A DNA stretch of 64,000 bases from an uncultured Gammaproteobacteria bacterium (GTDB lineage: Bacteria; Patescibacteriota; Microgenomatia; Levybacterales; UBA12049), in NCBI GenBank assembly GCA_965230895.1, contig OZ246394.1:980668-1044667 (forward strand), given 5' to 3'. Positions 31,078-40,890 of this stretch are shown one piece after another. The translations under genes and the position numbers were made by a program. Numbering within the stretch: the stretch's first letter is position 1; every line of letters begins with the position of its first letter. Below the pieces are notes generated by a model, which worked only from the letters and a program-made list of their open reading frames with translations, searched no databases and was not told the DNA's origin.

Positions 31078-33438
31078 ATGAAACTGCCTATCCCTTTTTT
31101 CAATTCTAAATCTGACGACTCCGATTACTATTTAGCCTTGCTACTTACAGAAGATAAAGCAAGCGCGGTTATCCTTAAAGCTACTGAAGATAAGCTTAAA
31201 CCATTAAATACACATTCTGAGTTCTTCCCAGAATCAATTGAACATCTCACCTTAGAAGAAATAATAACTACTGTCGACAAAACCATAAGTCGTGCTGAAG
31301 AGGTTCTGCCTCCTCAGATCGAAACTCATAAAACAGTTTTTGGGGTCAAAGACAAATGGGTCGACCGAGAAACGAAAAAGATAAAGAAAGAATACTTGGA
31401 TAAACTCAAAAAGGTTTGTGATGCACTCGATCTTTCACCAATTGGATTTATGGTCACGACCGAAGCAATCACCCATCTGGTTGAAGATGAAGAAGGAGCA
31501 CCTGTCTCAGCAGTCTTTGCTGAAATTGGAGAAAAACAAATTGTCCTCAGTCTTTTACGCGGTGGTAAAGTCGTTGAGACGATAAGTAGTACCCTCATGC
31601 ATTCTGCTCCCCACACGGTAGATAAGCTTCTCTCCCACTTTACTGTACCTGTTTTGCCTGCTCGAATTATCCTTTATCTTAATAAGCCTGATGAGGATAC
31701 AAACCAAGCATTTATATCGCACCAATGGAGTAAAAGTCTTCCGTTCTTGCATGTTCCGCAAGTGACAGTATTGCCCGCTCATTTTGATACGAGATCACTG
31801 ACGTATGGTGCTGCCACCCAAATGGGATTTACGGTTTCAGAACCTCATCATGAAGCACTTCCGAAATTAACCAAAGAAGAAAAGAAAGAGGAGGAAGCAA
31901 TTGCTGATGAAGTACAGGAACCAGAAAATGAAACTCTAGAAAAGGATTCTGAGCAGATGGAAGAGAATCCATCAGAAGAAAATGAACCTCGAATGGATAA
32001 TATCGCGCCTGTACCAGCAGCTGAAGAGAAATCAGGTGATTTCGGATTTGTTGTAGATGGAGAACCAGTCGCGCAGAAAGCACATCATGAACCAGTAGAA
32101 CACCATGCTGAGGTAGAGCATGAAGCTCATGGGCATACACAACATCATGAAACACATCATCGAGACGATGATGACGATGAGAGACCACGCAAATCCAGCA
32201 ATCTGGCAGACAAAGTACCATTCTTATCCAGTCTTTCTCTTCCAAAGAATGTAAAAATGCCTAATGTCGGAGGGCTCATGAATAGCGTGAGTGGCAAAAA
32301 AGCACCGATTAAGATTATCCTTCCGATCGTAGCGCTCCTCATAATAATCATTGGCACAAGCTTCTATTATATTAATATTGTCAAAGCAACTGTTTCACTT
32401 TCGGTCAAGCCGAATATCGTTAACGAGCAAGCAACCGTAACGTTCTCGAGTGATGAATCAAATAATTTTTCAAGTAATGTCATCGCCGCACGGAGTATTT
32501 CAGCATCAATTCAGTCAGAGATTTCGGGTAATGCTACTGGCAAGAAGGATGTTGGAGAAAAAGCAAAAGGAACCGTAACATTCTTTAATAATGACAATGA
32601 TCCTGTTACTTTAAGTTCAGGTGCAGAAATTCGTGCAAGCAACGGCGAAGTCTTCCTTCTAGATAAAGAAGCAAAGATACCAGCAGCTACAGGAGATATC
32701 TTCACTGGAACAAAACCCGGAAATGCAGATGCTTCAGTCACTGCAAAAGATCTTGGTACTGAAGGTAATGTCCCTTCAGGAACACGCTTTACTGTCGGTT
32801 CAGCAAGTACCCTTGCTGCGAGAAATGACAATGCGTTTTCAGGAGGAACGACCAAGAATGTAACTGTCGTTTCAAAGAGTGACTTGGACAAGCTCCGAAC
32901 AGATATTCTGAAGAAAGGACAAGCTGAAGCACAATCAAAGCTTGCAGAGGAAGCTGAAAGCGGAGAGACAGTGCTTCCTGTCGTCAGTTCACCATCGCTT
33001 GAAAATGCTACCTTCGACAAAAAAGAAGGCGACGAAGCAACGAAGGTCACGTTGAAAGGAAATGTCGTATATCAGGGCTTAGCGTATAGTAATGATGACC
33101 TGAAGGAATATGGATTAACTGTATTAAAGGCGCAGTATGCTGACGATGTCACATTCGATGAAAAAAGTGTAAAGGGATCAGTTGAGGATGTAAGCTTGGA
33201 AGATCCCAAAACAGCAGAGGCAAGTGTGACTGTAGAAGGTGGACAGCTTCCTGAGATGGATACCAATGACATCATCAAAAATGTGAAAGATCAATCACTG
33301 GGACAAGCGAGAGAAACAATTTCAAATCTTCCACAGGTCACGAAAACAGATATTACGTTCTCACCACCGATATTCATTATCCCTGACTTATTCCCTCGAC
33401 TACCAAATCAAATCAATGTCGAGATAAAAACTGAATAA
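31078..33438 (+). CDS. FtsA/PilM-like cytoplasmic domain + acidic/His-rich linker + TM + baseplate-J-like extracellular domain
   Basis: YYLALLL.EDKASAVI and AVFAEIGEKQIVLS actin-like strands; ATGKKDVGEKAKGTVTFFN and AFSGGT..VTVVS.SD pattern. Confidence 0.65.
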   Translation: MKLPIPFFNSKSDDSDYYLALLLTEDKASAVILKATEDKLKPLNTHSEFFPESIEHLTLEEIITTVDKTISRAEEVLPPQIETHKTVFGVKDKWVDRETKKIKKEYLDKLKKVCDALDLSPIGFMVTTEAITHLVEDEEGAPVSAVFAEIGEKQIVLSLLRGGKVVETISSTLMHSAPHTVDKLLSHFTVPVLPARIILYLNKPDEDTNQAFISHQWSKSLPFLHVPQVTVLPAHFDTRSLTYGAATQMGFTVSEPHHEALPKLTKEEKKEEEAIADEVQEPENETLEKDSEQMEENPSEENEPRMDNIAPVPAAEEKSGDFGFVVDGEPVAQKAHHEPVEHHAEVEHEAHGHTQHHETHHRDDDDDERPRKSSNLADKVPFLSSLSLPKNVKMPNVGGLMNSVSGKKAPIKIILPIVALLIIIIGTSFYYINIVKATVSLSVKPNIVNEQATVTFSSDESNNFSSNVIAARSISASIQSEISGNATGKKDVGEKAKGTVTFFNNDNDPVTLSSGAEIRASNGEVFLLDKEAKIPAATGDIFTGTKPGNADASVTAKDLGTEGNVPSGTRFTVGSASTLAARNDNAFSGGTTKNVTVVSKSDLDKLRTDILKKGQAEAQSKLAEEAESGETVLPVVSSPSLENATFDKKEGDEATKVTLKGNVVYQGLAYSNDDLKEYGLTVLKAQYADDVTFDEKSVKGSVEDVSLEDPKTAEASVTVEGGQLPEMDTNDIIKNVKDQSLGQARETISNLPQVTKTDITFSPPIFIIPDLFPRLPNQINVEIKTE

Positions 33439-33444
33439 CCTGCC

Positions 33445-34176
33445 ATGAAAACACAAGTGTACAAAAAAGGAAGCCGAAAAGATGTTCGGAAGATAATTCG
33501 TTTTAGTGGATTATTTTCATCGGTCCTCGGACTTATTATCGGGATGTATACATTCTTTCCGCTTATCTCATACGAACTGTATATTAAACCAGCATTTGCA
33601 AGCCAATCTTTTGCTGCACCTATTCCACAAAAGACAATAATCACGCAGGATTATATTCAAAGCTTGTTTAAAAATACTGCAACTTCATTGAGAAATCTTG
33701 GAGCAAATAACTCTCAAGGATGGATGCCGACAACATATCAAGAGATGGAAGTTGCGTCGCAGCTTTCAAATTATTATATTTCTATTCCAAAGCTTGGTAT
33801 AACAAACGCAAATGTTTCAACGATTAGTAATAATGTCGATGAGCATTTGGTCCATTTCCCTGGGACAAACCTACCACCAAACAAAGGCAATGCAGCCATA
33901 TTTGGTCATTCGACATTACCGCAATGGTTTGATCCGACGAACTACAAAGCAATTTTTGCAACCGTCCACACGATGCAAATTGGTGATGCAATTAATGTGA
34001 CGATCAATAATCAGATTTATACTTACAAAGTCATTGATATCTCAATTGTCGATCCTGAACAAGCAAACTATTTTGAGCAAAACGTCGATGGGAGTTATCT
34101 CACAATAGTTACCTGTACTCCACCGGGAACTATCTGGAAACGATTGCTAATAAAGGCTAAACTTGAGACAATATAA
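33445..34176 (+). CDS. sortase
   Basis: N-terminal TM, ISIPKLGI, catalytic His (GHST), LTIVTCTP and Arg (KRL). Confidence 0.93.
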   Translation: MKTQVYKKGSRKDVRKIIRFSGLFSSVLGLIIGMYTFFPLISYELYIKPAFASQSFAAPIPQKTIITQDYIQSLFKNTATSLRNLGANNSQGWMPTTYQEMEVASQLSNYYISIPKLGITNANVSTISNNVDEHLVHFPGTNLPPNKGNAAIFGHSTLPQWFDPTNYKAIFATVHTMQIGDAINVTINNQIYTYKVIDISIVDPEQANYFEQNVDGSYLTIVTCTPPGTIWKRLLIKAKLETI

Positions 34177-34194
34177 AAGAAAGGAGGATGACAT

Positions 34195-34347
34195 ATGCAA
34201 GAGAATGTACAACAATCACCGGTAATGATCTTCTTAAAGAAGATATGGCCATATGTGAACCGCGTCATTAATACAGTAATGTATTTTATTATCTCGATGC
34301 TTAAGAATTTTTTCAAAAGTGCCATCCAAATGATCCAAGGTAAATAA
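34195..34347 (+). CDS. small amphipathic protein, 50 aa (not in the ORF track)
   Basis: MQENVQQSPVMIFLKKIWPYVNRVINTVMYFIISMLKNFFKSAIQMIQGK*; strong SD AAGGAGG upstream; TAATG overlap with the next gene. Confidence 0.7.
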   Translation: MQENVQQSPVMIFLKKIWPYVNRVINTVMYFIISMLKNFFKSAIQMIQGK

Positions 34348-35621
34348 TGACTGAAGAACAACTTGCCCTGCAAGCCATACAAAAAAAACTCGTTGGGAAA
34401 AGACTCAACTACGAAGAAATTTTTGCGGTAATGGATGAAATAAGCCATAATCGCCTTTCACAAGTACTAACAACCTACTTTGCTGCATCTGGTTACTCCA
34501 AAGGATTTTCAAATGAGGAAATGTATTTTCTCACTAAAGCAATGATCGAAACAGGAGAAAAGCTTGAATTTAAAGGTATTGTCGCTGACAAACATTCAAT
34601 AGGAGGCGTACCAGGAACACGAACTACATTGATCGTTACACCAATTGTGGCTGCTGCTGGATTTACAATACCAAAAAGTTCATCCCGCGCAATTACAACT
34701 CCCGGCGGAACTGGTGATGATATGGAAGTTTTAGCACCAGTGACATTTGGTAAAAAAGATATCTATCGAATAGTAGCTGAGACAGGTGCATGTATTGTTT
34801 GGGGAGGTGGAGTTGATATCGCGCCAGCTGATGATGACCTAATACAAGTTGAAGAACCGCTCCTTCTTGAAAGTTTTGATAAAATTCTTGTTTCTATTAT
34901 GGCCAAAAAAGTTGCTTTTGGATCAAATCATATAGTCATTGATGTGCCGTATGGAAAACATGTCAAAGTCCACAATAAAGCTGATGCAATGCTGCTTAAA
35001 CATAAATTCGAATATCTTGCGAAAAGATTTAACGTGAAGCTCAATGTGTATGTCCACGATACACACGAACCATCCGGCCGGGGCATCGGACCGTTACTTG
35101 AAACCAAAGAAGCAATCAAAGTATTAGAGCAACTTCCAGATAGACCACTTGATCTTGAAGAGAAAGGCTTACATCTAGCTGGAATGGTTTTGGACTTATG
35201 CCTTGAAGATTCATCAAAAAAGTTACAAGACAAGATAAAGGAAGAATTTGGAAATGGAAGAAAATGGGCAGAGTATATTCTCTCCAGTAGCCATGCTTTG
35301 AAGAAAATGCGCGAAATTATCAAAGCACAAGGAGGCAACTCTGCTATAATGAGTAAAGATCTACAACCTGGGAAATATCAGTATGAGGTAAAAGCAAAAG
35401 TTGCCGGAGTTGTAAAAGAGATTGATAGCAAAAATGCGACACTTCTTGCAAAGATCTTAGGAGCACCGCAACAGAAAAAAAGCGGTATTTATTTACTAAA
35501 GAAAAGTCGCGAGCATGTAGAAGTTGGTGAAACGACTTTTATAATGTATAGTGAGAAAGAACATAACTTAAATGAAGCAAAGGACTCGTTATCGCACTTC
35601 CCAATATTCGCATACAAATAA
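34347..35621 (+). CDS. AMP phosphorylase-type member of the thymidine phosphorylase family
   Basis: DKHSIGGVPG, PKSSSRAITTPGGTGDDMEVL, APADD..I.VE, SIMAKK. Confidence 0.85.
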   Translation: MTEEQLALQAIQKKLVGKRLNYEEIFAVMDEISHNRLSQVLTTYFAASGYSKGFSNEEMYFLTKAMIETGEKLEFKGIVADKHSIGGVPGTRTTLIVTPIVAAAGFTIPKSSSRAITTPGGTGDDMEVLAPVTFGKKDIYRIVAETGACIVWGGGVDIAPADDDLIQVEEPLLLESFDKILVSIMAKKVAFGSNHIVIDVPYGKHVKVHNKADAMLLKHKFEYLAKRFNVKLNVYVHDTHEPSGRGIGPLLETKEAIKVLEQLPDRPLDLEEKGLHLAGMVLDLCLEDSSKKLQDKIKEEFGNGRKWAEYILSSSHALKKMREIIKAQGGNSAIMSKDLQPGKYQYEVKAKVAGVVKEIDSKNATLLAKILGAPQQKKSGIYLLKKSREHVEVGETTFIMYSEKEHNLNEAKDSLSHFPIFAYK

Positions 35622-35625
35622 AGGT

Positions 35626-36579
35626 ATGAAAAAATTTTCGTTTCTAATCGTTTTAATAGCTCTTATCGTTGGTGGAATTGGTGCATGGTGGATCAATGGA
35701 ACAGCTCCAGCTGATCCTTCAGATGCAACTACAAAGAATTTTGTAATTAATAAGGGTGAAGGAGTAAGACAAGTTGCAAATAATTTAAAAACCGAGGGTT
35801 TGATCAAAGATCCTATTATCTTTTTTTTATTCCTGAAACAGCAAGGGCTTGATGGCAAAATCCAAGCTGGAGAATTTTCGCTTTCACCTTCAATGAACGC
35901 CTCTGAGGTTGCGAAGGAATTGCAGACTGCCACCAATGATATCACCATAACTGTACCCGAAGGAAAGAGAGCAGAAGAGGTTGCGGATATTTTGCAAGAG
36001 TCACTTCCGGCATACGATGAATCATGGAGACAACAACTTGTTGCTCAGGAAGGATATCTCTTCCCAGATACATATTCATTTCCCAAGGATGCAGATATTG
36101 ATCTAGTAATTACAACAATGCGTGATAATTTCGATAAGAAATACGCAAGCATTCCTGCAGGAAAAAATAGTAATCTTCCACAAACACAGATAGTAACGCT
36201 TGCTTCAATGGTAGAACGAGAAGCAAAGCATGACGAAGACAGACCGATCGTTGCCGGTATTATGCTCAATAGAATTAACGCAGGAATGTCATTGGATATT
36301 GACGCAACGGTGCAATACGCAACTGGTACAGGACGTGATTGGTGGCCAACGCTCAATGATGCGGCAAGAAATATTGCACCAGATTCACCATACAATACAT
36401 ATACACATCCAGGATTACCACCAACTCCAATCTCAAATCCTGGACTAGCAGTACTTCAAGCTGTGATCAATGCACCAGATACAGATTATGTTTTCTATAT
36501 AACTGATAAAACAGGTACAAACCGTTATGCAAAGACCCTGGATGAACATAATAGAAACATTGAAAAATACGGCCTCTAA
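35626..36579 (+). CDS. mltG: endolytic transglycosylase MltG
   Basis: EGYLFPDTY, ASMVEREA, SPYNTY..PGLPPTPISNPG. Confidence 0.95.
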   Translation: MKKFSFLIVLIALIVGGIGAWWINGTAPADPSDATTKNFVINKGEGVRQVANNLKTEGLIKDPIIFFLFLKQQGLDGKIQAGEFSLSPSMNASEVAKELQTATNDITITVPEGKRAEEVADILQESLPAYDESWRQQLVAQEGYLFPDTYSFPKDADIDLVITTMRDNFDKKYASIPAGKNSNLPQTQIVTLASMVEREAKHDEDRPIVAGIMLNRINAGMSLDIDATVQYATGTGRDWWPTLNDAARNIAPDSPYNTYTHPGLPPTPISNPGLAVLQAVINAPDTDYVFYITDKTGTNRYAKTLDEHNRNIEKYGL

Positions 36580-36626
36580 ATAATTTTCACTTGACATTAC
36601 TATAAGTCTGTGACAAAATACCCCTC

Positions 36627-37022
36627 ATGGAAAGAGAAACACATGTTAATCTAGAAAAACCATCTTTTCAAGATAGAATTATTGAACATCTCGATAAAAG
36701 ATTTTCTTTTGTACACCCAGATGGCGCAGCATTTTCAGAAGATGAAGTCGAGGAATTTATTGGGGATGCTCAAAAGACGCTCACTCGGATGAATAGAAAA
36801 CTTGCGAGGGAAAGTCAAAGCAATCCCAAACATGTAGATTATCATCGAGCTTTTGCTTTGAGATTGCTTCATGTAGATGCAGCATTTAATCCTGATTTAG
36901 TTGATGGCGACCTTCAAGGATTTGAAGATCGGATGCTTAGCGCTTTAAAGTTTGGGAGTTTTGAAAGAAAAGCTTTTGGAGAAAAAGTATACATACCTAA
37001 TAGGCCCTCAGACAAACGCTAA
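36627..37022 (+). CDS. hypothetical protein
   Basis: 131-aa ORF with TTGACA-17-CAAAAT 7 nt upstream. Confidence 0.6.
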   Translation: MERETHVNLEKPSFQDRIIEHLDKRFSFVHPDGAAFSEDEVEEFIGDAQKTLTRMNRKLARESQSNPKHVDYHRAFALRLLHVDAAFNPDLVDGDLQGFEDRMLSALKFGSFERKAFGEKVYIPNRPSDKR

Positions 37023-37549
37023 CTCTTTTTCTTTAAACCCCTGAACCAACGTCGGCCTTGAATTGCCTTTTGTGGAGCTTTCTCTTCAGGTTCATCAAGG
37101 GCCTCAATTCTTTCTTCGACAGATTCCTTCTCTGACTCTAGTTCTTCAAGGCGTTCAATAGCCGCTGTTTTATGAACTTCCTTTTTAGGCGCAGGCGTTT
37201 TCTCCACAACCTCAATTTTTTCTACAACTTTGGGAGTTTCTTTCACTTCAACTTTCTTTTCAACGGCTTTTGCGACCTGTTCTTCTTTTTGAACAGCAGC
37301 AGCGGCTTGTGGATCAGATTTTACGAAATCCTCTTCATCATCAATTTCATCAAATAACTCAGAGATATCATCGGCTTGATTCGAGTATTGTTCCATACTT
37401 GAGAGCTTTGTAATTATTTTCTCAGAGAGATCACGAAGAATTTCGCGTCCTTTTTTGGTAGTAAAAAGGAGTGCGATAAGCACGCCAACAATGACTCCGA
37501 AAATGAAGCTATTTCCTCCGCCTTGATGCTTTTGCTCTTTTTGATCCAT
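37019..37549 (-). CDS. YtxH-like protein
   Basis: FIFGVIVG..ALLF..K.GRE N-terminal motif, charged C-terminus. Confidence 0.7.
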   Translation of the reverse strand: MDQKEQKHQGGGNSFIFGVIVGVLIALLFTTKKGREILRDLSEKIITKLSSMEQYSNQADDISELFDEIDDEEDFVKSDPQAAAAVQKEEQVAKAVEKKVEVKETPKVVEKIEVVEKTPAPKKEVHKTAAIERLEELESEKESVEERIEALDEPEEKAPQKAIQGRRWFRGLKKKS

Positions 37550-37589
37550 ATTTCTGGGATAGAGTTACAGGAAGTACACCTCGCGATTC

Positions 37590-37862
37590 TTATTCTTTAC
37601 TTCGACCCAATAGGCTTTGTACGAACTTTGCGACGGTCAGGAGCGATGTTGCCTTTGTACCTAGCGCCAATGATGATAATGCTGAGAGTGGCGCATCGAT
37701 ATTTTCAGTGATAGATTCCGCATTGTCGAGAACTCGGTTTGTTTTGACCAATGTTTCTCGTAATTCTTTAAGAATGTAATAGACTTGTACTCCTAAAATA
37801 ACTAAAAGGATCGTCAAAACGAGAATGACAAGAAGTAAGACCATTTGGACAGGATCTATCAT
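37590..37862 (-). CDS. DUF948/YtxG-like small membrane protein
   Basis: N-terminal TM then coiled coil; adjacent to the YtxH-like gene. Confidence 0.6.
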   Translation of the reverse strand: MIDPVQMVLLLVILVLTILLVILGVQVYYILKELRETLVKTNRVLDNAESITENIDAPLSALSSLALGTKATSLLTVAKFVQSLLGRSKE

Positions 37863-37974
37863 ACTTAATAAGAGTAACGCAATCGTAACTCTTCTGTCAA
37901 GTAAAAATTAGGAAAGAACTATATCAATGAATGCTTAAAGACATCTAAAGTAATCAAGCAATCCGAGAGAACTG

Positions 37975-38604
37975 CTATTTTACGAGGATATTCCTTTGCT
38001 CTACAGTTTCTTTACCAAAACGATTGGTGGCTTTGATGGAAATTGTTGTATTACCAGGGAAGAGTGTCAATCGTTTACTAAATTTTCCATCAGTACTCAC
38101 AGTCACAGGCTGATTATTAACATACACGGTGGCATTATTATCTGCTTTTCCAGAAACAACAATTTCTTTTGCAGTAGTACTATTTGCAACAGGCGTATCA
38201 ACTGTAAGCGACGGCGGAAGAAATGCAGCGCGATATTGGAAAAATAAATAAATGAGAAAAAGAACTAAAGCCGCACCTGCAAGCAAAAGCGATTGCTGAA
38301 AGCGTAGTCTTTGGAGTGGAAATTCTTCCTGTTTCACCAGAGAATCGGGTAAAACCTTATACGCTTTCTTCTCATCAAATTCTCTTTTGAAAAGTGCAGT
38401 GATTTCAGCTTTGGACAGTCCGAGATATATTGCATAATTACGGACAAATCCTTGCGCATACGCGGGAGATGGGAGTTTGTTATATTCTCCTTTTTCAATT
38501 GCAGAAAGAAAAATCGGTTTTATCTTTATTGCCTGAGACACTTCTTCAAGTGTTAATTTCTTTTGTACTCGTAACGTATGTAGCCTTTGTCCTAACTTAA
38601 CCAT
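37975..38604 (-). CDS. RodZ-like protein (HTH + TM + Ig-like domain)
   Basis: LSAIEKGEY..LP..AYAQGFVRNYA..LGL motif; lies downstream of ftsK. Confidence 0.85.
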   Translation of the reverse strand: MVKLGQRLHTLRVQKKLTLEEVSQAIKIKPIFLSAIEKGEYNKLPSPAYAQGFVRNYAIYLGLSKAEITALFKREFDEKKAYKVLPDSLVKQEEFPLQRLRFQQSLLLAGAALVLFLIYLFFQYRAAFLPPSLTVDTPVANSTTAKEIVVSGKADNNATVYVNNQPVTVSTDGKFSKRLTLFPGNTTISIKATNRFGKETVEQRNILVK

Positions 38605-38690
38605 ATTATATTTATTCTTGTCTCATTTTATTTTATCGAGATTTTTTCAATAGGTAAATCCTAGGGCAGCTATAAAAAGGCAGTACTTTT

Positions 38691-40844
38691 TTATTGTTCT
38701 TGTTGCTGTTGGCCCGAGAGATAATCTTGAGCATTTTGTCGCAAAACCTCACGCGGCTTCGCGCCATCAGCTGGACCGATAATGCCTAGCTCTTCAAGTT
38801 GATCCATCATACGAGCAGCTCTCGCATATCCAACGGACATTTTTCTTTGTAGGAATGACGCTGAAGCAGTATTAAATTGTAAAACAAGATTAATTGCTTC
38901 CTCAATTTGTCCATCCTTACCATCAGACCCTCCAGACGAACCACCTTTTCCGGTTGCACCTTTCATTGGTAGAGGCTGACTAACAATTTCTTCTGTGTAC
39001 TCAACAGGATAGTTCTTTGACTTCAAAAATTCAACTAGCGTTCTTACCTCTTTTTCAGAGACAAACGTTCCCTGGATACGACTTGGCTTCGCTTGGTCAG
39101 GAGGGATGTACAACATGTCTCCCCGACCCAAGAGCTTTTCAGCTCCAATACTATCTATGATAACACGTGAGTCAATCATGGAAGACACGTTAAAAGCGAT
39201 ACGACATGGGATATTTGCTTTGATAAGGCCGGTAATAACATTAACCGATGGGCGCTGTGTAGCAATTACTAAATGAATACCCGTCGCACGAGCCATCTGT
39301 GCTAACCGAGCAATCGCGTCTTCAACTTCAACAGGCGCAAACATCATAAGATCCGCCAATTCGTCAATGAAAATAACAATATATGGCAATGCTTGAAAAC
39401 CCGAAAGTTCATTATAACCATCAATATTTCGGACTCCACGCTCAGCAAATATTTTGTATCTTCTGTCCATCTCATTCATTGCCCATTTCAATGCTGAAAG
39501 AATCTTTGCCGGGTCAACAATAACAGGGGTCAAAAGATGTGGAATACCGTTATACATCGTAAATTCAACTCGCTTTGGATCAATCATAATCATACGAACT
39601 TCTTGTGGAGATGCTCTAAAGAGGATTGATGCGATAAATGCATTACTCAAAACTGACTTACCGGAACCCGTAGTACCAGCAACCAAGCAATGTGGCATCT
39701 TTGCGATATCAACAGCCATTGGATTTCCTGATACATCTAAACCTAGTGCAACAGTTAATTTGGACTTAGCTTTTTGCATCGCGTTAGATGTGAGCATAGA
39801 TCGAAGTGTTACGACTTCGAGGGATCGATTTGGAATTTCTATACCGACAAGATTACGTCCAGGGATTGGAGCTTCAATACGAATTTGTCCTGTTGGAGCT
39901 TCTGTCGCAAGCGCCAAGTCATTGGCAAGTGATGTAATTTTAGAAACTTTTGTACCAAGTGCAATTTCGAGTGCATACTGAGTAACAGCTGGTCCAAGGT
40001 TTGCCTCAGCGACTCTCGTATCAATACCAAAACTCTGCAATGTACTTTCAATAGTTGAGGCAATTTTCTTCACATCTCCACGCTCAGCTTTTTTGCCAGG
40101 ATCTTCAGACAAAAGAGATGGTGAAGGATACTCCCAAACTCCAGGAGCACTTCCGGCAATAATATTACTGACAAGCTTTTCAGGAACCAAATCCTGATCT
40201 TTCTTTGGAGCTGGCGCAGGTGGACGAGAATTTTCCTTCATTGGCGCAATTTTTTCTTCCTCTTCCTCAGCTTTTTGCCCACCTTTAATCTGCAAACCTT
40301 TACCTTGTGCAAGTAGAGGTTTCTCTTTCTTAAACGACGCGAATAATTGCGTTGGAACCAATCTGCCTAAACCATCTTTGATACCAGCAACTGCTTGCAA
40401 TACTTCATCAATAGATGTATCAAAGAATACAAGAATACCAACAAGTAACCCTCCCAAAAAGACAAGATTTGCACCTGCAGGTGTGATTATTTCTTCGAGT
40501 ATTGAATAGATTTCAGCACCGACTGAACCACTCCGCACTAAGCCAACAAGGGAAACAAATACAAGCATATAACCGACGGTAACGTTAAGCTGAGAGAGGT
40601 ATGTCTTTAATCTTAAGAAGAGAAAACCGAAGCAGAATAATGCAAATGGGAAGAGCACTGCAAGTGGACCAAACATTTGTTCAAGCTTTGTACTAGCAAC
40701 GAGTGTTGACTCACTTTTATTAATAAGTGCAAACAAAAAAAGGAGTCCAGCAAGGAAGAATCCAAGACTGAAGATATTATAAACTGTTTTCTTTTTCAGC
40801 TTAAGCTTTAGTGGTTTTTTTCGACTACTACGTTTACCGGGCAT
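38691..40844 (-). CDS. ftsK: DNA translocase FtsK/SpoIIIE
   Basis: N-terminal TMs, AGTTGSGKS, IDELADLM, ATQRPS, gamma domain GYARAAR. Confidence 0.97.
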   Translation of the reverse strand: MPGKRSSRKKPLKLKLKKKTVYNIFSLGFFLAGLLFLFALINKSESTLVASTKLEQMFGPLAVLFPFALFCFGFLFLRLKTYLSQLNVTVGYMLVFVSLVGLVRSGSVGAEIYSILEEIITPAGANLVFLGGLLVGILVFFDTSIDEVLQAVAGIKDGLGRLVPTQLFASFKKEKPLLAQGKGLQIKGGQKAEEEEEKIAPMKENSRPPAPAPKKDQDLVPEKLVSNIIAGSAPGVWEYPSPSLLSEDPGKKAERGDVKKIASTIESTLQSFGIDTRVAEANLGPAVTQYALEIALGTKVSKITSLANDLALATEAPTGQIRIEAPIPGRNLVGIEIPNRSLEVVTLRSMLTSNAMQKAKSKLTVALGLDVSGNPMAVDIAKMPHCLVAGTTGSGKSVLSNAFIASILFRASPQEVRMIMIDPKRVEFTMYNGIPHLLTPVIVDPAKILSALKWAMNEMDRRYKIFAERGVRNIDGYNELSGFQALPYIVIFIDELADLMMFAPVEVEDAIARLAQMARATGIHLVIATQRPSVNVITGLIKANIPCRIAFNVSSMIDSRVIIDSIGAEKLLGRGDMLYIPPDQAKPSRIQGTFVSEKEVRTLVEFLKSKNYPVEYTEEIVSQPLPMKGATGKGGSSGGSDGKDGQIEEAINLVLQFNTASASFLQRKMSVGYARAARMMDQLEELGIIGPADGAKPREVLRQNAQDYLSGQQQQEQ

Positions 40845-40890
40845 AGTATTATTATAGTGCGTAAATAAGGTTTTAGCAATTTATATAAAG

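Noticed and set aside
32340-33438. Baseplate-J-like domain as evidence of a prophage or contractile injection system
   Set aside because: No sheath, tube, spike, terminase or integrase genes nearby; the domain is TM-fused inside a housekeeping operon
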